NCBI RefSeq assembly: GCF_009914755.1
Contig: NC_060933.1
Source of the DNA: the human T2T-CHM13v2.0 reference genome, Homo sapiens
Direction: 5' to 3' (one strand)
DNA: 64,000 nucleotides
Part shown: positions 56,831 to 64,000 of the stretch, in pieces
How the letters are laid out: the number at the start of each line of letters is the position of its first letter
How positions within the stretch are numbered: position 1 is the first letter of the stretch
Position numbers and translations under genes: made by a program
The notes under the pieces: model-generated
The model's input: the letters and a program-made list of their open reading frames with translations, nothing else
The model's database searches: none
Told to the model about the DNA's origin: nothing

Positions 56831-59800
56831 TTCAATTGACCCCAGCACCCATGGTGGCAGGCGCGATCCACATGCAAATGAGCTGGGTTTGCAGCCGAGG
56901 AGAGGGGCCGGGAGGAGGCGGGCACTTGCACCAGCCCAGGGAGGCAGCAGCCTTGATTGCTCAGGCTTTGGGAGAGGGGCCTTGGAGGAGGGGGCACCCT
57001 GCAGTGGGCAGCCTCTGTGGCCAAGGCTGGGCACCCCATTCAGGATAGTGTTCTCCAGGTGAACTGAAGCACAGGGATGCTCCGAGTAGGACAGGCTCTC
57101 TCTCTGGGCAGAGACTGGAATGTGAAGTTAAGGCCCTGGCAGCTGGGCTGGCAGGGGAGGGTGTGCTCAAGATGCTTGGAGCAGTGGCTATTTAACAACT
57201 GGTGTGGACATGTTTCAATCTTTTAACAACTGGTGGGGTTATAGCAGTGCATTCCTGCTGTGTATTTGCTGCTGCTGTTATGATCATAATCACTGTCATT
57301 ACTCCCTCTGGAGGGCTTAAGCTGTGGCCGTGTGGGCAACCAGTAAGAGACAAAAGCCAGCCCGAGGCAGGTGGGAAATTTTGGAGCCTGAGGCAGTTGT
57401 CTCCGGCATCATTTTCTGGATTTCTCTATTGCTTTATTGGGTGGAGGGCCAGGATATTCTCAGAATTGGGCCTCAGAAGTCTCCTAATCCATCCCTTATC
57501 TGATGCTTGAATCCTCTCTACGACACCTCTGTCCAGTGGTTTGGCAACTTCTCCTCCCTGGGAATGAGAAACTCCTTCCCTGCAAGGACCCTCTTCCGCC
57601 TCCCACAGTTCCATAGCGAGAAGGTGCTTTCTATGACTCCTGAAGCCACCCTCCCCAGCCCTGACTGTGCGCTCTGGGCCCAGCCCACCTCTGCTCCTTT
57701 GCCCCGTTGTAGCCCCTGAGGTCAGCAGCTGGTGACTGTGCTCTCCTGGGTCACCTTCCTAGGGCTGGTCTTCTCGATTCCTGCAGCTTCCATTCCCAGA
57801 AGGCATCCTCCAGCCTCCTATCCTGGTCTGTCCTCCAAATGCTTCTGGTGGCTGTCACGATTCATAGTCCGGGCCTGGACTCAACACTAGGCACAAGGCT
57901 GGAGGGAGGTGTGGGGAGGAAGAGGACCCAGGGCTAACAGCTGAGCATCCCACACGCTAAGCATTAGAGCCAAGACGACGGTCTGCACTTTGCAAACCTC
58001 ACTTCCTTTGGGCAGCTTCTTTATAAAACCTTCAAACGTAAACACAGACCTGACAGGATGCAGAGAGAGACATGTGGATGCACAAAAATTCAGGGACCCA
58101 AGCTACTGCCATCATGGACACAAGGGAACCTGGAAGTGGCTGGGGTCATAGCCAGCCATGGTCAGGAACGAGACACGCCTGTGCAGCCACCGCTCCGGGC
58201 TCAGGTTCTTTCCTGTCACTGCCCTCGGCTCCCTAGACGGGGCTTGTAGAGATGCAGGAATCTGAATTGAAGCAGAGGGCTCCTGTGTGGCTGGTGGGAC
58301 TACTGAAGTCTGGAGAGGGGAGGTCTGGGTAAAAAGTCACACAGCATTGAAGTGAGAGTCTCCTGATGCAGGCTGGGGGCCACTTTCTTGTTCCTCTGGC
58401 TGCCCCTGGGGACCATTCCCTCATCATTCTGTCCTGTGTGCAGTCAGGAAGATGTCTTCTTTCCTGGTTGAATGGACGCCCCCACTCATCCAGTCATTGC
58501 CCATGCCTATACCTCTGCTTCTGCTTTCGCTCAGCTTCCCTAGGCTCTTTCTGCTTGCATCTCTGTGTACATTTCTCTCCTGTTTCCCTGTCTCCATCTC
58601 CCTGTATGTCTCCTTGTCCCTTCCTCCCCCATCCCTTCCCTTGCCTCCCTGTCCATCTCCTCATCTCCCTGGGTCTGGTTGTCTGTTCCCTTTGCCAGGC
58701 CACATCTGCTCCTTTGCTGTCAGGTCACGTGTTGCCCAGAGCTGGCCTCTGTCTGGGATTGGCAGAGTTGAGATCCCCAGGACTGCTTCCTTTAGAGCTG
58801 TGGCCCTGGAAGGAGGAGGTTGGGGAGCGGCTCATTTCTGAACTCTTTGGAGCCTTCCTACAGTGACCTGCACTGGGTCATCTGTCCTTCCCTCCCAGGA
58901 CGAGGGAAGGACGGCTGGGAAGCAGCCAGCTCTCTTTCATCACAGACCTATTCTCACTCAGGCTGGAAGAGGGGGCTGGAGTTGGGTGGGGAGGGTTCAA
59001 GAGGACTCCCACTGACTCTTCAAGCCGACTGGGATCATCCTAGACAAACCTGCTGCTGTCTGCGGCCAGCTGCCCCCAAAGAAGCTCCCTTCCTGCCTCC
59101 CCTCCCCCAGGTTCTCCTGGCAGAATGAATCTACCTTGCCTCACCTTTCCCTACTCCCCTCTCTCCCACCCAGGCACAAAGGGCTGCCTTCCCCTACCAC
59201 GCCTGCTTTCCAACCTGCGCACCTGCAGGATGGAGAGGAAATAGCTGAGCTCTGGAGACTGATAGGACCACGACAAATCCCAGCTCTGCCACGTGCTAGC
59301 TGTGTCATCTCGGGCAAGTGACTGAACCTCTCTGAGCCCAGTTTCTTCCTCTATAAAATGCAGACAATACTCCTTCCCCTGCAAGGCCGTCAAGAAGATT
59401 ATCTTATGTGAAAGTAGCTAGTAGAGAGCTGGGCACAAAGTAGACTTAATAAAACATTTGTTATGAATAAATGAATGAGTAAATATGAGTGAATCATAGA
59501 ATTGAGACATGCATAAATGGGGCATGGAGAAGGAGTGCCAGGTGTCCAGAATGGTACAGGCAGAGGCAGGAGGTAAGAAACCCTGGAGAGGGGACAGGGA
59601 ACCATGAGCACGTGAAGTACAAATGCAGAGTCAGGGGTCCCAAAAGAAAGTCTCAGGACATGAGGCAGAAGTGGCAAGGGCCACATCCTGGCAGTGTGAA
59701 GAGCCAGGCTCAGAGGCTTTTTTCCTTTTTCTTTTTAAAATTGAGCATCCCTCGTAGCAGCAAAAGGAATGATCAGAACTTACTGAGAGTCAACAATGAA

Positions 59801-60398
59801 CCGGGCAGCTAAAAGTGATTATGGCAGCAGCTTCCGTGAGTAGAGGCCTCGTGCTGGGGCATCTGACAAGCATTGCCTCATTTAATCTTCACAGCAGCCG
59901 CTGAGGGAGATGCTATTACTATTGTTTTCGCTTTACAGTTCAGGAAATTGAGATCTAGAGAAGTAAAGTGATTTTCCTGAATCACACTGCTAATAATGAT
60001 CCCAGCTAGGATTTGAATCCTGGTCTATTCTGGCTCCAGAGCTTGTGCTCAGTCCCTTGGCACCACTTGACCTTCCGAAGGGAGGACCCCCACATCCCTG
60101 GGCAGGTGAGGCCATGTGAGTGAAATGGCTTAAACACACTTTGAGTTAATGAAGGGGAGTACAGAAGGCATAAGCAGAGTGCCTGAGTATGAGGAAGATG
60201 GAAGCTTGGCTTGGGGGAATCAGGGCAGGCTTTCTGGAGGGCGCTGGACACAGAGGCAGAGGGGCAGCCCAGGAGTGAGGCTGAGGCAGGCCTGGTGGGG
60301 ATGGAGGTGGGGTGGGGGCTGTCACCCAGGGCCTGGAGTACAGTAGCTGTGCTGCCTGCAGCCTGGGGCTGGGGCTCTTGACCAAGATCTGCTTTTGA

Positions 60399-60887
<489 letters not shown>

Positions 60888-62319
60888 TGATCCTTGCTTT
60901 CCCCACCTCCAAAATGGGGGTAGAAATGCCCACAGCTGGGTGCAGCTGACAGTCAAGGGCCAGCAGGGTCCGTACAGGGCCAGGTTCAGAGCAAGTGCTG
61001 AGCAGTGCTGGCTCCTTCTCCCATCCCCAGGGGCCCCTGAAACTCTGGGCCAGGCCTGGACGCCAACAGAGAGGGTGTGTGCTGCAGACTCCAAAGCCAA
61101 CACAGTCTGGATCTATATTGTCTGAATCTGTACTGCTGTGTGGTCTGGAGTAGGGTACTTAACCCACTCTATGACAGTTTCCTCATCTGTAACATAAAGA
61201 TTCTAAGTCCAGAGTCCCTTCTCTAAAACCTGTAAAGTTAGATGAGTTTCAGAGTTCTTCTTATTCTAAAGTCTAACGCAAAACGTATCCTGTGTGCTGC
61301 GTGACCTCCCAGTGGGATCTAGGGCATTTCTTATAATTAAATTCATGTTTTTTCCCAAAAACATATAAATATTCGTATCAGGTAGTGAAATGAAGACCCA
61401 AAATAGCCTCTCCTTAGTCCAGGTCAGATGTGGCATCAGACCTGTGGAAAACCTTTTTGGTCACTGAAGCTTTTTGAATTTCAATCTTGTGGTTAAGGGA
61501 TGATGAGCCTGGAGTATTTGCTCACGCATGGGGCTGATGAGGGGATAAGATGAGTTCCTATACACAAGGCATTCAGAACCATGCCTGGCACATAGTGAGG
61601 ACTTGAGACATAAATGGTAGACAATGGCTTCCTCCCTTGCTCAAAGCCTTCTCATGGCTCCCATGTCCTCAGGATAAAGTGCAAACAATTTAGCATGGCA
61701 TTTGAGGCCCTTTATGGTTGGTGTCCTGCAAAGCTTGATTCTCAGGTGTTACCACTGCCCCTCACACCCTAAACTTTATATTCATTCTTTTGTCAATTCC
61801 TCAGTCACATCAGACCCTCTTTCTCTGGAGGCTGTTTCACTTGCTGTATTTTCTGCCTGAAACGCACCCCCTTCCCTAAACTTCCTTTCTCCACTCTGTG
61901 TCAGCCTGCAAATCTCACCGCCCTCATCTAAGCAAAAGTCACCTGCAATGACTATTGCCTACCTCCCTCCTCCAGACTGTGGTCTCCAGGAATGCCGGGG
62001 CCATGTGCATATTCTTCTGTGGCACACAGTTGGTGCTGAATGAATGAACATTCTCACCCATCAGTGGTGTTGCGTTTAGCTCAGGGACTGAATAGCATTC
62101 ATTGGATGAATAAATGAAACACAGCTTTGGAAGGAAGATCCCTAAAGGAATCTTCCATCCCTACCTCCACATGTACCGCAGGAGAAAATTCCTGGAATGC
62201 TTTCCTCCTGCCCTTTCTAACTCTCATCCCCCTCAGATTCCTTAAGTGATTTTAAAACAGGGGACCCAGTCCATGCAGGGGGTCAGTGGGGCCTCCAGAA
62301 TTGCAGGGCCTGGAGGAGG

Positions 62320-62730
62320 CAGCATCCGTACATTAGGCAGAAACCACTTGTCCGGGGTTGTTAGAGGCCTCTGGGGCCCGGGGAGCAGGGGGTAGGGCAA
62401 AGCGGGCCTCCAACACTCTGGGGCAATTGATATAAAATAAACTCCATAATCAGGTAAATGCATTCGTGCGGGGGATGGTTCCCGTGCAGCTGTGGGCGTC
62501 CCCCAGCCGGAGGGGACCTGTCTAATCTCAGGGTAATGAAAACGTGGGTCTAATTACCTCAGAGGGCCGAGGCCTGGGCCACGGCCGGAGTTGGGGAGTG
62601 GGGGCCCTGGCAGCGGAATTAGAACATTTAAGCTGTCACACCAAATCCGGGAGAGGCCTGATTACCTGGCCCTAGAAGAGGCCGCTTTGGTTTGGTGTCG
62701 ACTATAATTTCCTGGCCACCAGCCGTGAAG
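62320..62730. promoter_or_regulatory. Candidate enhancer: GC/CpG-rich segment with a dense TAAT/ATTA cluster
   Basis: cattag, cataatc, ctaatct, gtaatga, ctaattac, gaattag, gattac and ataattt within 400 bp of GC-rich unique DNA. Confidence 0.55.
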
Positions 62731-63115
62731 CCAAGGGCCACCTTCTCTCCCCTGTGATGGGGGTCCAGGTTCTGCCTCTTTGACCCCCCCACCCTCACAT
62801 CAGACCCACCCAGGGGAGCCCGCCTGGGCCTCCCAAGCTGCCCGTGTGGGGTAGATAGGGGAACAGGTACACCAGTCACACATACCGGCTACGTGTATGC
62901 ACACAGGTTATAGGTAAATGCCTTAAGGAAAGTGTGCATGCTGGCAGAGGGTGAATGAACATGAGCAGATGTGTATATGGTACATCTACATTTGTTGTGT
63001 GCACACTCTACTTTGGAGTGTATGTGTGGGTTGCAGGTACAAGTGGTATGAATATACTGGGTGTGGGTAAATAATAGGAGATGTGTCTACATGGATTATG
63101 TGCAGGTGATCCACC

Positions 63116-63393
<278 letters not shown>

Positions 63394-63569
63394 TGACGCT
63401 ACAAATGGGAAATGTGCACACAGCAGGGCCACATGTATGCAGGTTACATGTGGTATGTGTTCACAGTGGTGTGTGCTGGTAAGTGCCATGAAAGCAAGAA
63501 GCTGACCGCTGTACCCCAGCATCTAGCCTGGCACATGGTGGATAGCTGTTGATTATATAGATGCTCAAT

Positions 63570-64000
<431 letters not shown>

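Overview
Primate (almost certainly human) genomic DNA. The + strand carries the 3' part of MRRF (mitochondrial ribosome recycling factor). Five GT-AG coding exons (<1-119, 4693-4811, 11268-11359, 32744-32903, 42067-42144) splice in consistent phases (1,0,2,0) into one ORF ending ...KTKELLG*. A 3' UTR with several AATAAA signals follows, then about 20 kb of repeat-rich, apparently non-coding DNA with two homeodomain/CCAAT-motif-rich enhancer candidates. The rest is mostly Alu, MIR, L2, L1, LTR and hAT relics, and nearly all ORFs in the supplied track are spurious. I see no evidence for a new gene system. The most unusual signals are repair and retrotransposition scars read directly from the sequence: (1) a 26-nt exact copy of a cryptic 3' splice site pasted into a sense Alu 1.6 kb away; (2) a ~255-bp inverted copy of nearby DNA inserted in the middle of an Alu that also has an abnormally long flanking duplication; (3) a ~165-bp direct duplication upstream of the 32744 exon; (4) a 176-bp retroposed polyadenylated fragment with a TSD inside an L2, which donates an intronic poly(A) signal; (5) a fused inverted Alu hairpin; (6) a tailless Alu. 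Repeat subfamily calls and repeat boundaries are by eye and approximate.
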